From a virus, in IMG/VR virus record IMGVR_UViG_3300027969_000001, positions 1 to 64,000 of that record: a stretch of 64,000 nucleotides of DNA. One strand, written 5' to 3'. A model generated the notes under the pieces. That model did not search any database and had not been told where the DNA came from. It saw only the letters and a program-made list of their open reading frames with translations. Positions 45,663-54,826 of the stretch are shown in pieces. Within the stretch, counting starts at the first letter, position 1, and each line of letters begins with the position of its first letter. The position numbers and the translations under genes were made by a program.

Positions 45663-46145
45663 TTATTTTTCTCGTTTGGGAACCATAAGAACTTCCCATA
45701 GTCCATTTTTGATTTTGCGAAATAATGGAGATTCTTTGAGGTAGGTCAAAGTTGTCTGGTAAGAGAATCCTGATTGTTCTGTGAGTTGGTCAGATGTAAA
45801 TTGCTCTGCCTGATGTTCGCTTGACCACTGCTCAAATGCTGACCACTTATCTTTGCGCTTCTCTGTGCGTTCTACTTCTACCTGTGCGTCAGATAGTCCG
45901 ATGAATGTTGATAGAAGGTACTTTGATACTTCTGCCTGCACCGAGTATGTACTTAGGTACGATTGTGGTACACGCTGTCCACCTTCTCGTTGCCAAATCT
46001 GCAATACATAAAGTCCTCTGTTTATTTCAGAAACATAAGAAACTTCCGAGAACGGAACTGCTGTTGCGTTTTTGTATTTTTTGAGAAGCACTGCCCAATG
46101 TTCTTTGTGTACTTCTTTGATTAGGTCATCTGTAATAGTTTGCAT
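45663..46145 (-). CDS. Hypothetical protein (possible C-terminal wHTH)
   Basis: 160 aa, AAGGA RBS. Confidence 0.55.
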   Translation of the reverse strand: MQTITDDLIKEVHKEHWAVLLKKYKNATAVPFSEVSYVSEINRGLYVLQIWQREGGQRVPQSYLSTYSVQAEVSKYLLSTFIGLSDAQVEVERTEKRKDKWSAFEQWSSEHQAEQFTSDQLTEQSGFSYQTTLTYLKESPLFRKIKNGLWEVLMVPKREK

Positions 46146-46225
46146 TTTTTCCTTTTTTTTGCAGTTTCTACCGTTTAGTTTTTTTCTAAAAAATCGTTTT
46201 TTTGATAGATAAGTAAGTTGGGCTG

Positions 46226-46435
46226 TTAGTCAATAACAACCCAACTGTCCTCTCCCTTGATTAGTCCGAGACTAGACCCACTATCCCACTGCACAAACAT
46301 TGTTCCTAGTGAATCAAAGTCGGTAATGACCCCTTCATCTCCTTTGGATAGTTTGGTGTGAATGTCAGATGTGTAAATCAGCCTGATTCTCCTGCCAATA
46401 AGTGCTTCTAGTCCTGCTGACAACTTATCTATCAT
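46226..46435 (-). CDS. DUF4314-like small protein
   Basis: G.RIRL..TSD.HT.L..GDEG.I...D..G...VQWDSGSSLGLI.GED. Confidence 0.65.
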   Translation of the reverse strand: MIDKLSAGLEALIGRRIRLIYTSDIHTKLSKGDEGVITDFDSLGTMFVQWDSGSSLGLIKGEDSWVVID

Positions 46436-46586
46436 GCTGGCTCTTTCTCTTGTAACGCGATGATTCGCATGTCTAATAGAAAATCTGTCATTTCTAATGA
46501 CGAAACAATGTCTCTGCCTGAACAGTGGGAGATTGCTTTGTCAATCAACAAGACGATTGGTGACTTATCTATTACAGATTCTTCAC

Positions 46587-46826
46587 TCATTCTGCGTACC
46601 CGTAAATAACCATGTCAAGTTCGTTGCCTTCTTCATCGGTGTACTTCTTCTTTCCCTCTCCTGCACAGTCGTCAAAGTATTCATCGGCTTCCAACATAAT
46701 CATTTCCATGATGTCATCAAAGTCGGGCTTCTCATCGTTGTCCTCTCTGAATCGCTTTGCCGTTTCTGCCACATCAAATGTGACAGTATTGGTGCGAGTT
46801 ACTGTGATTGTTTTTGGCTCAGACAC
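46587..46826 (-). CDS. Hypothetical acidic protein
   Basis: GTG start lies within motif A. Confidence 0.55.
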   Translation of the reverse strand: MSEPKTITVTRTNTVTFDVAETAKRFREDNDEKPDFDDIMEMIMLEADEYFDDCAGEGKKKYTDEEGNELDMVIYGYAE

Positions 46827-46830
46827 TTAT

Positions 46831-47499
46831 CTATTCCTCATCTTTCTTTTTCTTAGCGTTACCAAGTAGGTCGTGGTAACGGTGAGCAACTACGGCGAGT
46901 TTCATGTAGGCAGTGGTAGCACCCATAGCCTCAACCATGCGTCCGTACTCCTGACCTTCTTTTACTTCGCTTACATCTGCCATGTAATCTTCTTCCGAAT
47001 ACACAGGAACTCCAAAGTCATCGTAGCGATACATTTGAGTAGCACTACCAATCAACGAACCATCCCAGTCCATGCCAGTAACAACGATTGCTTCACGGAC
47101 TTCTGAAAAAGGATTCTCTGAAAAGTCTTTCTGCATTTCGCCACGCTCAAAGTCAATTTCTTCTGATGTGTCTGCACTACGGCAGAAACCCTCTACACAG
47201 AGAAAGAGGAAAGAGAACTCACGGATAGGCATAGCCTTGACTACATCTTCGTACGCCTCTAATACATCTTCACGGTGAATGAGTGGAATCATTGCAATCT
47301 TGTATGGAGAAGATAATTCGTTTTCTTCCTGATACTCAACTGCATCTTCGTCATCGCTCTTGTAAGCAACGAGCATGAGTGGGGGAGTGTCTGTCATCCC
47401 CTCGTCTTTGCACATTTGCTCTTTGGCGTACTTAGTACGGTCAAGAACATCCAGCATTATTTTTGACATTTCTTCTGAAATGGTTTCGTTGATAGCCAT
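46831..47499 (-). CDS. Hypothetical protein
   Basis: Start moved to MAINE (AAGGAG RBS), downstream of promoter B. Confidence 0.65.
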   Translation of the reverse strand: MAINETISEEMSKIMLDVLDRTKYAKEQMCKDEGMTDTPPLMLVAYKSDDEDAVEYQEENELSSPYKIAMIPLIHREDVLEAYEDVVKAMPIREFSFLFLCVEGFCRSADTSEEIDFERGEMQKDFSENPFSEVREAIVVTGMDWDGSLIGSATQMYRYDDFGVPVYSEEDYMADVSEVKEGQEYGRMVEAMGATTAYMKLAVVAHRYHDLLGNAKKKKDEE

Positions 47500-47530
47500 T
47501 GGCTTTCTCCTTGTTGGTAGGTGTGCAGTC

Positions 47531-47557
47531 ATCGTACCAGTACAGGTACAGAACTAC
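47531..47557 (-). promoter_or_regulatory. Motif B promoter
   Basis: GTAGTTCTGTACCT-N7-TACGAT. Confidence 0.75.
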
Positions 47558-47559
47558 AA

Positions 47560-47766
47560 CTATCCAAGCAACCCCTGAATGGGGAGACTTAGTGCGTCAC
47601 TTAGCGAGACAAGAGTGTCCACGCTCGGCGAATAATGTTGGTTCTCAATACGGTTCACCGTTTTTCGTTCCAGCCCTGCTCGCTTTGCTAGTTCCTCTTG
47701 TGACCAGCCTCTTTCTTTTCTTTCAGTTTTTAGCCGTGTGGCAATTACTTCTGTTGCGTTTCCCAT
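47560..47766 (-). CDS. XRE-family HTH regulator
   Basis: LKTERKERGWSQEELAKRAGLERKTVNRIEN..YSPSVDTL. Confidence 0.9.
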   Translation of the reverse strand: MGNATEVIATRLKTERKERGWSQEELAKRAGLERKTVNRIENQHYSPSVDTLVSLSDALSLPIQGLLG

Positions 47767-47800
47767 GTTGTTTCCTCTCTTGGGGACTTATCTATTTAGT

Positions 47801-48457
47801 TCAGAATGACGGAATGAAACTCTGAAACACCTTTCTCCTTTTATTTCCCCTTCTCCATGCCACATACTCCCTGATAGTGGCATCCAAATCTATGTCATGC
47901 TGGTCAGTGATGAGATTGCGCCATTCACTTTGTGCTTCGTAGAACTCGTCATACAACTCGTCAAGCCCTGATTCTGACGCTTTTTCGTACATCTGTATCA
48001 GTTCAGGTGGTTGCGTCATGTCACACATGTCCTCTGCAATCTTTTCGCCGTCACAGTAAAGTTCCCAACCAGCGTAGAAATCTGCTTCTTCTGTGCAACT
48101 GTACCCAAATACCAATTTAGGGAACTGCTTGCTGATGTTCTCAATCAACTTGTCACATGGACTCCATGCGCTCGTGTAGCGCAGATGTAGTGGGTACGAA
48201 TCTTTATCGTCAATCTCTATGTCACAAGCACCCCACTTGCTTCCCCACACGCCAAGTGCGCCACCAAAGAAAGAATCAAGTTTGTCCACCCATTCACTCT
48301 CGTCAGGGATAGGTACTAGATGGTTCATGTCATAGTGAGCGTTTATCTTGCGCCCTAGTTCATCATAATCTTCGGGCATTGAGATTGCTTTGAGAAACTT
48401 ACGAGTTTCTGTTTTGTTCCCTGCAACAACAAGGTTTGAGAAGCACCAGTTTGGCAT
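47801..48457 (-). CDS. MPNWC-type (Api92/DUF1281-like ferredoxin-fold) protein
   Basis: MPNWC start, WGSKW, YTSAWSP, QFPKL.F motifs. Confidence 0.7.
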   Translation of the reverse strand: MPNWCFSNLVVAGNKTETRKFLKAISMPEDYDELGRKINAHYDMNHLVPIPDESEWVDKLDSFFGGALGVWGSKWGACDIEIDDKDSYPLHLRYTSAWSPCDKLIENISKQFPKLVFGYSCTEEADFYAGWELYCDGEKIAEDMCDMTQPPELIQMYEKASESGLDELYDEFYEAQSEWRNLITDQHDIDLDATIREYVAWRRGNKRRKVFQSFIPSF

Positions 48458-48491
48458 GGTAGTCCTTTCGGGTTAGTGGTGGTATGCAATG

Positions 48492-48518
48492 AGCGTACCA
48501 GCACAGGTTCAGAACTAC
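48492..48518 (-). promoter_or_regulatory. Motif B promoter
   Basis: GTAGTTCTGAACCT-N7-TACGCT. Confidence 0.7.
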
Positions 48519-48601
48519 TCGGGGGGACTTATCTATTACTCATCCACCACCGTCATTGACTAACGAGCAAAAGTTTTCTATCTCATCCCCCAAGATTTTT
48601 G

Positions 48602-48693
48602 ACTTTTCTATCTCTACCCCCCATGCGCCGATTTTTTCTCTTTTTCGCCGTGTTCCGAAGGAGCCCCGACCAGTTTGGTTCGCCCCGGGGCTC
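48602..48693. repeat. Element C2 (left arm + core, 17-nt spacer)
   Basis: GAGCCCCG 48661, CGGGGCTC 48686; extra arm near 48572. Confidence 0.85.
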
Positions 48694-48715
48694 TTTTGGG
48701 AAAAGGACTTATCTA

Positions 48716-49039
48716 TTACATAGGGAGAGTTACGAGTTGTGCCGAGTGGATGTACCAGCCGTAAGCGTGACGGTGTGTCATGTAGTGCAGTAGTTCCTTG
48801 ACATCGGTAAGGTGCGTGAACACATCTTCCAACGGAACGCCGTGGCTATCAAAGAATCCACGCTCGGGCTTGGGTGAGAACGAGATGTACATGTTCTCGT
48901 ATCCCTCATAAGAGCCATAAGACCTCTGTGGCTTTATCTGGCACTGCGCTCCAATAAACTTTTTTTTTGTCATCATCAGAAAGAGAGTCTTTATCAAAGA
49001 CCAAATGTGGGCGAATGACTTATCTATTACCATTCTCAT
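48716..49039 (-). CDS. Hypothetical protein
   Basis: Start moved to MRMVIDKS (ATGA overlap). Confidence 0.5.
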   Translation of the reverse strand: MRMVIDKSFAHIWSLIKTLFLMMTKKKFIGAQCQIKPQRSYGSYEGYENMYISFSPKPERGFFDSHGVPLEDVFTHLTDVKELLHYMTHRHAYGWYIHSAQLVTLPM

Positions 49040-49281
49040 GCCCTTCGCCAAACGCTGAACTGTTCGGTCAGGTCGGTACCAATCAGGGCAATAGTCAATC
49101 GTGCAATGGATTCCAGCAGTTCTTTTTCGGTAATGCCCCATTCCTCGTTAGCCCACGGGAACATCATTCCGTTCTCGTAGTCACACCAAATGTTCGCCAT
49201 TGCGCCAGCACGACTAACGCCAATGCTGTAATAGTTTTCCCATAGGATTTCATCAACTGCGTATTTGCTAGTTTTCGTCAT
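49036..49281 (-). CDS. Hypothetical protein
   Basis: Coupled ORF. Confidence 0.55.
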   Translation of the reverse strand: MTKTSKYAVDEILWENYYSIGVSRAGAMANIWCDYENGMMFPWANEEWGITEKELLESIARLTIALIGTDLTEQFSVWRRA

Positions 49282-49483
49282 TTTGTACTTCCTCTGCTAC
49301 GTGCGATGAAATCGTGTCTGCAATTTTTGAGAAATCTACACCAAACGATGCTTTCCATCTGTCCAGTACAACTTCCATCGCAAGGTTCGCAACTTCTTCC
49401 GTAGAAAGATTTGCCGAGTCAATGCTCAGCACTTCCCTTACTGTTGCTGGTCCAACTATTGCTGTTACTTCGTAAAGAGCCAC
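49268..49483 (-). CDS. Hypothetical protein
   Basis: GTG start lies within motif A. Confidence 0.55.
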   Translation of the reverse strand: MALYEVTAIVGPATVREVLSIDSANLSTEEVANLAMEVVLDRWKASFGVDFSKIADTISSHVAEEVQNDEN

Positions 49484-49487
49484 TTAT

Positions 49488-49715
49488 CTATTCCTCATCT
49501 TCATAGTCGCTGTCCACGGAGAACCAGCGCATCACTGTTAGAAGCAGGTTATCGTAATCGCCCGATGTTGCTTCGGCACGAAACGCCTCTATCTCATCGG
49601 CAGTCAATCCTGCTCGCCGAGCAATTCTCTGCACACGCCCAAGTATGGAGAAGGCGTTGCCGTCCTCTCCTACTAGTGGAATGTTGATGTGTGGGTATTT
49701 TGTATCTGTACTCAT
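49488..49715 (-). CDS. Conserved phage hypothetical protein
   Basis: LVGEDGNAFSILGRV...EATSGDYDNLL pattern. Confidence 0.7.
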   Translation of the reverse strand: MSTDTKYPHINIPLVGEDGNAFSILGRVQRIARRAGLTADEIEAFRAEATSGDYDNLLLTVMRWFSVDSDYEDEE

Positions 49716-49927
49716 TCTGAGTGTTCTCCTGTTTCCATGTCAATAGCGTAAGCATCTTCCAACTTGGCTCCTGCCAAGCCTGCAACATTCCTGCCGAATG
49801 TTCTAGCCATTTTGCCTGCTTCTTTTAGGCTCTTGGCTTCTACGGTGGTATCTTCTGTCCACTCGGCAAGACCAATCTTTTCCTGCTTTGTCAGCAGAGC
49901 GATTATTTCGTATTCTTTTGTTGCCAT
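49712..49927 (-). CDS. Hypothetical protein
   Basis: Start moved to MATKE (AAGGGG RBS). Confidence 0.55.
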   Translation of the reverse strand: MATKEYEIIALLTKQEKIGLAEWTEDTTVEAKSLKEAGKMARTFGRNVAGLAGAKLEDAYAIDMETGEHSE

Positions 49928-49958
49928 TACTTTCCCCTTTGTGGTTGGCTTCGCCTTC

Positions 49959-49985
49959 ACTGTACCACAAGAGGTACGGAACTAC
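49959..49985 (-). promoter_or_regulatory. Motif B promoter
   Basis: GTAGTTCCGTACCT-N7-TACAGT. Confidence 0.75.
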
Positions 49986-50002
49986 AAGGGGGACTTATCT
50001 AT

Positions 50003-50314
50003 TCATGAACAGAGGTAGTCAAGCCACAGTACGAGAATGTCCAACGGCTCTGACATTGACGGAAATGCGTCCGAGGCTAGGAACTGGAAGTCCGAGAACA
50101 TCAACTCGTTCGTCTCCGTGTAACGGTTGCACCCACCTTCTCCCATGTTGTACACGGTCAGGAACTCCACACCATTGCGTGAGACAACTGCCTTCCAGTA
50201 AATCCCTCGGTCATGTTCGCTCTCCTCTTGTAGAGCAAACCTGTACCCCATCTTGTCAGGGCGCAGTTCGTCAGGAACGCTGTCAAAGATTTCTTCTATG
50301 TTTAGGTCAGTCAT
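50003..50314 (-). CDS. Hypothetical protein
   Basis: Start moved to MTDLN; N.GEGGCNRY motif. Confidence 0.55.
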   Translation of the reverse strand: MTDLNIEEIFDSVPDELRPDKMGYRFALQEESEHDRGIYWKAVVSRNGVEFLTVYNMGEGGCNRYTETNELMFSDFQFLASDAFPSMSEPLDILVLWLDYLCS

Positions 50315-50437
50315 GTTTTTTAGTGTAGATAGATTTATCCGAAAAGTCAATCAGCAGACTCATCCACCACCGTCAATTGCTAACGGCGACTTTTTTATCG
50401 CGACCCCCAGCTCGACCGACGAATTCGCAAAAAATCA

Positions 50438-50512
50438 ACTTTTTTATCCCGACCCCCCAGATTTTTGCCCTGTTCCGAAAGAGCCCCGGACGGACCAGCG
50501 CAGGCGGGGCTC
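50438..50512. repeat. Element C3 (left arm + core, 16-nt spacer)
   Basis: GAGCCCCG 50481, CGGGGCTC 50505; second arm at 50389. Confidence 0.85.
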
Positions 50513-50594
50513 CAATGGAGAAGATGGGACTTATCTATTACATAGAGCAATCTCCCCTGCCGAGCGCAAGGGAGACTACTGAATAGATAAGTGG

Positions 50595-50912
50595 TCACTC
50601 GGTCAGGAGATAATGCCCACCACGCCTCTCGTATTGAGCAGTAGCCTCAGTAACGGTTTCACGGTAATCACCATTCTCCATGTGCCAACCTTCGGGACGG
50701 TCTACGGCGTTCCACACTGCGAACGGGTGAAGCGTGTTGTGTGGCAAGAGACAGAGAACAACCCACACGGCGTAAGCGTCAATGTCAGACGGGCGAGAGA
50801 GCCAGCAAGCGAGAATGGTGACAGGATTACTGCCACTGCTAGGAGTGAATGTGTCACCCACTTTCAGCAATCGCATTGGGTATGTCTCGGTAGGGGACTT
50901 ATCTATTGACAT
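50595..50912 (-). CDS. Hypothetical protein
   Basis: Start MSIDKS overlapping upstream stop. Confidence 0.55.
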   Translation of the reverse strand: MSIDKSPTETYPMRLLKVGDTFTPSSGSNPVTILACWLSRPSDIDAYAVWVVLCLLPHNTLHPFAVWNAVDRPEGWHMENGDYRETVTEATAQYERRGGHYLLTE

Positions 50913-51355
50913 TACTCGCCACCCAACCAAGCGTTCATCTGCTCATCTGTCATCTCGGTAATGGTTGGTCTGAAATCCATTTCAGCGATTTCTTTGGTCA
51001 GCATTTCTTTGATGACTTCCATCTCTGCGATTTCTTTCGCAAAGTCAAAAAAGCGTCCTGATGTGTAGGTTGCTGGAATGTCGTGGTTCTCTCCGTCATA
51101 CTCGCCACGCTCGTTGAGAGAGCCGATTACAACGCAGTCACCCACAAGTGGACGCTGGAACAACATAGACGCTACGGCGTTCACTGGTAGCCCGATAAGC
51201 AATCCTTCGTCATGGACATAGCCCACGATTTCTTCGCCTCGTACACAGTCAAACCAGCCACCCACGATTTCGTGAATGAGTGTGTGACCGTTCTCGCTTG
51301 GTATGTCCTGCGTGAATACTTCACCTGTGGACTTGATGATTATTGCTGTTGCCAT
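50912..51355 (-). CDS. DUF3846-like protein
   Basis: IVGGWFD.V, HDEGLL.GLPVN..AS, LVGD.V..G. Confidence 0.7.
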   Translation of the reverse strand: MATAIIIKSTGEVFTQDIPSENGHTLIHEIVGGWFDCVRGEEIVGYVHDEGLLIGLPVNAVASMLFQRPLVGDCVVIGSLNERGEYDGENHDIPATYTSGRFFDFAKEIAEMEVIKEMLTKEIAEMDFRPTITEMTDEQMNAWLGGE

Positions 51356-51385
51356 GATGGCTCTCCTTGTTTGGTAGGTGTTGAT

Positions 51386-51412
51386 AGCGTACCACTGTGG
51401 GTACAGAACTAC
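51386..51412 (-). promoter_or_regulatory. Motif B promoter
   Basis: GTAGTTCTGTACCC-N7-TACGCT. Confidence 0.7.
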
Positions 51413-51470
51413 TGGTGGACTTATCTATTGAGTAGTGGGGACTTCTCCCCACTACTCGCAGATGAATTGG

Positions 51471-51875
51471 TTAGACGGCTTCTGCTTTGCTCGCAGGCTT
51501 GACTGAACCTTTGGCAGGCTTCACGAGAACTCGCACACTGTTCGTGATTTCCACGCAGGACTTGATGACCTTCTTGGTGATTTCGCCCTTGCCTACTGCG
51601 CTGTCCCACGCCTTAGTGTCAATCGCTGGCTTGGTGACCTTGCGAAACAATGCTGGCGAAAGTTGCTCACGCAATTTCTCAACAGAGAACGAACGGCGTT
51701 CTGCTGGCGAGACTTTGACATTCAGTTCTGCGAACTCGGCTTCGCTCACGCCTGCGATTGCGAATGTTGCGATAAGCAACTCTCTCGCTTCGTCATGCGC
51801 CTGCTCGGCTTGCTCTTTGGCTGTTAGAGCAGTGAGAAAAGCCTCTACTGCTTGGTTGATTGTTTCTGCTTCCAT
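51471..51875 (-). CDS. Hypothetical protein
   Basis: Start moved to MEAET (AAAGGGG RBS). Confidence 0.6.
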   Translation of the reverse strand: MEAETINQAVEAFLTALTAKEQAEQAHDEARELLIATFAIAGVSEAEFAELNVKVSPAERRSFSVEKLREQLSPALFRKVTKPAIDTKAWDSAVGKGEITKKVIKSCVEITNSVRVLVKPAKGSVKPASKAEAV

Positions 51876-51918
51876 GATGTACCCCTTTCGTGGGTGTGTA
51901 TCGCTTGTGGTACCCACA

Positions 51919-51945
51919 AGCGTACACGGTCAGGTACAGAACTAC
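51919..51945 (-). promoter_or_regulatory. Motif B promoter
   Basis: GTAGTTCTGTACCT-N7-TACGCT. Confidence 0.75.
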
Positions 51946-51997
51946 AACCTTTTGACTTATCTATTTACAACTCCCCTCAACCCCTCACGGTTAGCCT

Positions 51998-52140
51998 CTT
52001 ATTTATCACGACCCCCCATGCCTCGCCTCTCCTTTTCGCCCCTTCTCGGTTGGAGCCCCGTTCTAGTCGGGCATCATCGGGGCTCCCTTCGGCAAACCCC
52101 CCGATAGGCAAGTTCGCATGGGGAGTAGAGATAGAAAAGT
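51998..52140. repeat. Element C4 (both arms, 17-nt spacer)
   Basis: Core 52052-52086. Confidence 0.85.
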
Positions 52141-52408
52141 GAACGATTTGGATAAGCGCAGACTGGCTCGGATTTATGCTCGGCTCACAGAAGTAGAACG
52201 GCTAGTGAGTGCCGTGCGTCTGCTCAACAGTCAGACACGGGCAAGGTTAGAGCGAAGCAAGTTCGTACTCGTGGAGAACGACTTATCTATTCAGGTAGAA
52301 AACCAAAAAAGGGAGACTCATCTGTAATAGATAAGTCTCCCTCTTTGTTGGTGTGGGCGTTTCCCTTCTGAAAGGAAGGGGGGACAGAGGTACTAAGCCC
52401 TCGCTCAA

Positions 52409-52828
52409 CTACTTTATGTAGCGAGCGACCCCTGCGTAGGTGTTGGTGCTTACTGTTTCCTCGTCTGTCATACGAAGGATACTGATAGCGTTCTCCAACT
52501 CCTCAATCTCTGATTTGATAGCCCAATGAACGAAGTCTTGTTCAGGCTCTTTTGGTGCTTTCACCGAAGCAGGAAACTCAATCGTGAGTTCGTACTTGTT
52601 GCCTTCCTCGTTACGGTAGTTGTTGTACTTGCTGACATTTGTGACCTTGCCCTTGCCTGAACGAAACAACTCCGAAAGACTGTCTTGGAAGTCTTTGACT
52701 TCTTTTTCGTATTCTTTTTTTGCTTTTTCGTAATCGGACATTTGCTTATTGCGAAAGTCAAGAGCCTTCTGTAATGCGTCAATCACTTTCTTAGTGCTGA
52801 CCTTTACATTTATGGATTTCTGTTTCAT
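52409..52828 (-). CDS. Hypothetical coiled-coil protein
   Basis: Start moved to MKQKS (AGGAG RBS). Confidence 0.65.
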   Translation of the reverse strand: MKQKSINVKVSTKKVIDALQKALDFRNKQMSDYEKAKKEYEKEVKDFQDSLSELFRSGKGKVTNVSKYNNYRNEEGNKYELTIEFPASVKAPKEPEQDFVHWAIKSEIEELENAISILRMTDEETVSTNTYAGVARYIK

Positions 52829-52871
52829 TTGGTTTCTCCTGCCAGCCTTGTAGGTGGGTGCTGACTCGCAT

Positions 52872-52898
52872 ACCGTACCACTCAAGGTACAGACCTAC
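52872..52898 (-). promoter_or_regulatory. Motif B promoter
   Basis: GTAGGTCTGTACCT-N7-TACGGT. Confidence 0.75.
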
Positions 52899-52915
52899 AC
52901 GCCCACTTATCTATT

Positions 52916-53043
52916 ACATTTTTATCTCGCCCCCCCGTCCCTCGCCATGTGTTCGCAAGAAAGCCCCGACCTAGTTCGTTATCAACGGGGCTCATTCCGA
53001 AACGAGAGAACAAGAGCGCACTTGGGGGTTGAGATAGAAAAGT
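52916..53043. repeat. Element C5 (both arms, 17-nt spacer)
   Basis: Core 52962-52993. Confidence 0.85.
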
Positions 53044-53148
53044 TGAGTTCGGGGTTGCGTAACTTATCTATTTGGAATAATCAAAAAACCGTAACGCTCG
53101 CACAACCGTAATAGATAAGTCAGGTCACCTTGGTAATAGATAAGTCAA

Positions 53149-53182
53149 AGCCCCTGTCAGCATGGGGTGGCTGACAGGGGCT
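53149..53182 (-). terminator. GC-rich hairpin downstream of 53198-53662
   Basis: AGCCCCTGTCAGC...GCTGACAGGGGCT; only a short T run follows on minus strand. Confidence 0.5.
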
Positions 53183-53197
53183 AAGGCTTGCTAAGTG

Positions 53198-53662
53198 TTA
53201 GCGCATGAAGTTGCGAATAGCGTCATTGAGACTGCCAGTTGCGCCACCTTCATCAGTAATCGTGTCATCAGGCTCGTCTTGGAAACGGAGAACGCTTACA
53301 ACATCTTCACGAGTAGCAACCACAACGAGACGAACACGACGCTTTTCAGGGTGCTGACTTGGTGGAGTGTCAAGACCAACTTCTGCGTCAAAGTCCTTGG
53401 GAAGTGGCGCAGCCCAACCCGTTGTAACTACTGCCGTGAACTCGTATGACTTAGCAACCTTACGGTCTGCCTTGTCCAGTAGGTCATAAACATCATCATG
53501 TGACGAGAGGTGAGTGAGTTTCGCTTCGTTGTTGGTGATAGTGACACCGTAGAGGCGAGATGAGGACAGTTGGAACTGGTCATCAGGATTAGTCGGGTGA
53601 CTGAGTAGGTGGTGGAGTTTGGCTTCTGCCAACTCTGCCGTAGCGAGTAATGAAAGTGTCAT
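53198..53662 (-). CDS. Hypothetical protein
   Basis: Start moved to MTLSL; GWAAP...PPSQHPEKRRVRL. Confidence 0.65.
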   Translation of the reverse strand: MTLSLLATAELAEAKLHHLLSHPTNPDDQFQLSSSRLYGVTITNNEAKLTHLSSHDDVYDLLDKADRKVAKSYEFTAVVTTGWAAPLPKDFDAEVGLDTPPSQHPEKRRVRLVVVATREDVVSVLRFQDEPDDTITDEGGATGSLNDAIRNFMR

Positions 53663-53696
53663 AGCGTTTCCCTTCGTGGTTTGTTGTGACAAGGAC

Positions 53697-53723
53697 AGCG
53701 TACACGATTAGGTACAGAACTAC
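53697..53723 (-). promoter_or_regulatory. Motif B promoter
   Basis: GTAGTTCTGTACCT-N7-TACGCT. Confidence 0.75.
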
Positions 53724-53808
53724 AATGGCACTTATCTATTCAGAAAAAAGACTTCCACCACCGTCATTCACTAACAGGACAACCCACAACCCTTCTCGCT
53801 ATTTTTTG

Positions 53809-53898
53809 ACTTTTTTATCACGACCCCCAAGCCCCTCGTTCGCCCTCGCCTTGGCGTGTTCGGAAAGAGCCCCGGGCATTTCGCCAACGGCGGGGCTC
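53809..53898. repeat. Element C6 (left arm + core, 16-nt spacer)
   Basis: Core 53867-53898. Confidence 0.85.
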
Positions 53899-54101
53899 CA
53901 ATGGGAAAGGAAGCCGAGCCGAGTGAATTGGTTGGGTTGGGTGACTTATCTATTGCTGATACCGAGACAGCCGAGAGATAGAGCGAGCGTGTCACTCTCT
54001 GCCCTCGTGCCTATCCTCAATAGACAAGTGCCACGCCACAACGCCTGCCATGAGAGCAACACCGAGCAACGGTGAACAGAGGGCGAGTATCACGAGCGTT
54101 C

Positions 54102-54401
54102 TCATCTGTCATGTGGCATGGTCAGCACTTGCCAAGTGTCTAGGCTAGTTCCGTAGAAATCCACGAGCCGTGAGATGACAGCCCCCGTGTCTCCGTGACA
54201 ATTTGTGCGAGCGATACTCCACACCGTGTCACCCTTCTCAACATTCACCGTAGGCGTGTCACAAGTGAAGTGGGTACGGTCAGCCGTAATCCACCCCACA
54301 ACAGCACCAGCGAGAGGGAGAGAGAACAGCAGAACAATAAGCGAGGTAGTGCCGAAAGCGAAACGCCTACGCTTGTACTTATCTATTACCATTTCACGCA
54401 C
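54102..54401 (-). CDS. Membrane-anchored LysM-domain protein
   Basis: TM segment then VEKGDTVWSIAR...L..WQVLTMP. Confidence 0.7.
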   Translation of the reverse strand: MREMVIDKYKRRRFAFGTTSLIVLLFSLPLAGAVVGWITADRTHFTCDTPTVNVEKGDTVWSIARTNCHGDTGAVISRLVDFYGTSLDTWQVLTMPHDR

Positions 54402-54825
54402 TCACTTTCATAGCGTCTGCCCACGAATAATTTGCAATTTCTGCCAATGTTTGATTTTCGTCTAATCCCTCTACGGCATAAACGGTGACACCATCTTTAC
54501 GCATTACATACACATAGTCAGCCCATGAGAACGATTTGTCCTCTGGCGCATACCACGCATACTCGTCATCAGGCGTATCGGTGTGAAAAATACCGTAGCC
54601 CTCGCAGTAGTTATCGCTTGCAGTTTCCTCACGAGGTTCGGTGGTGATTACTGACCAAGAGTTGTGGTCGTGCAAAAGCGTCTGAACCACTTTCGCTAAT
54701 CCGTCACGCTCTCGCAGTTCAGCCAAGAGAGGCACGATACGAGATGGGTAGTTGTCCCAATGAGCGTAACGCCCATGCCACCTGCCCCCTGCTAGTTCGC
54801 TTGCGATTATTGCTCGTGTACTCAT
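54394..54825 (-). CDS. Conserved phage hypothetical protein (MSTR-type)
   Basis: MSTRAII...YAHWDNYP...DYVYV. Confidence 0.65.
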   Translation of the reverse strand: MSTRAIIASELAGGRWHGRYAHWDNYPSRIVPLLAELRERDGLAKVVQTLLHDHNSWSVITTEPREETASDNYCEGYGIFHTDTPDDEYAWYAPEDKSFSWADYVYVMRKDGVTVYAVEGLDENQTLAEIANYSWADAMKVSA

Positions 54826-54826
54826 G

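Larger units (their letters stand above)
38641..53766. repeat. Dispersed motif D, CATCCACCACCGTCA-N5-TAAC, 7 co-oriented copies
   Basis: Starts at 38641, 39963, 40656, 42238, 48541, 50361, 53752. Confidence 0.85.

Noticed and set aside
38641-53766. Motif D as a Chi site (contains GGTGGTGG on minus strand) or L5-type stoperator (GGTGGATG)
   Set aside because: Only partial resemblance; the conserved unit is longer and bipartite, so the match may be coincidental.
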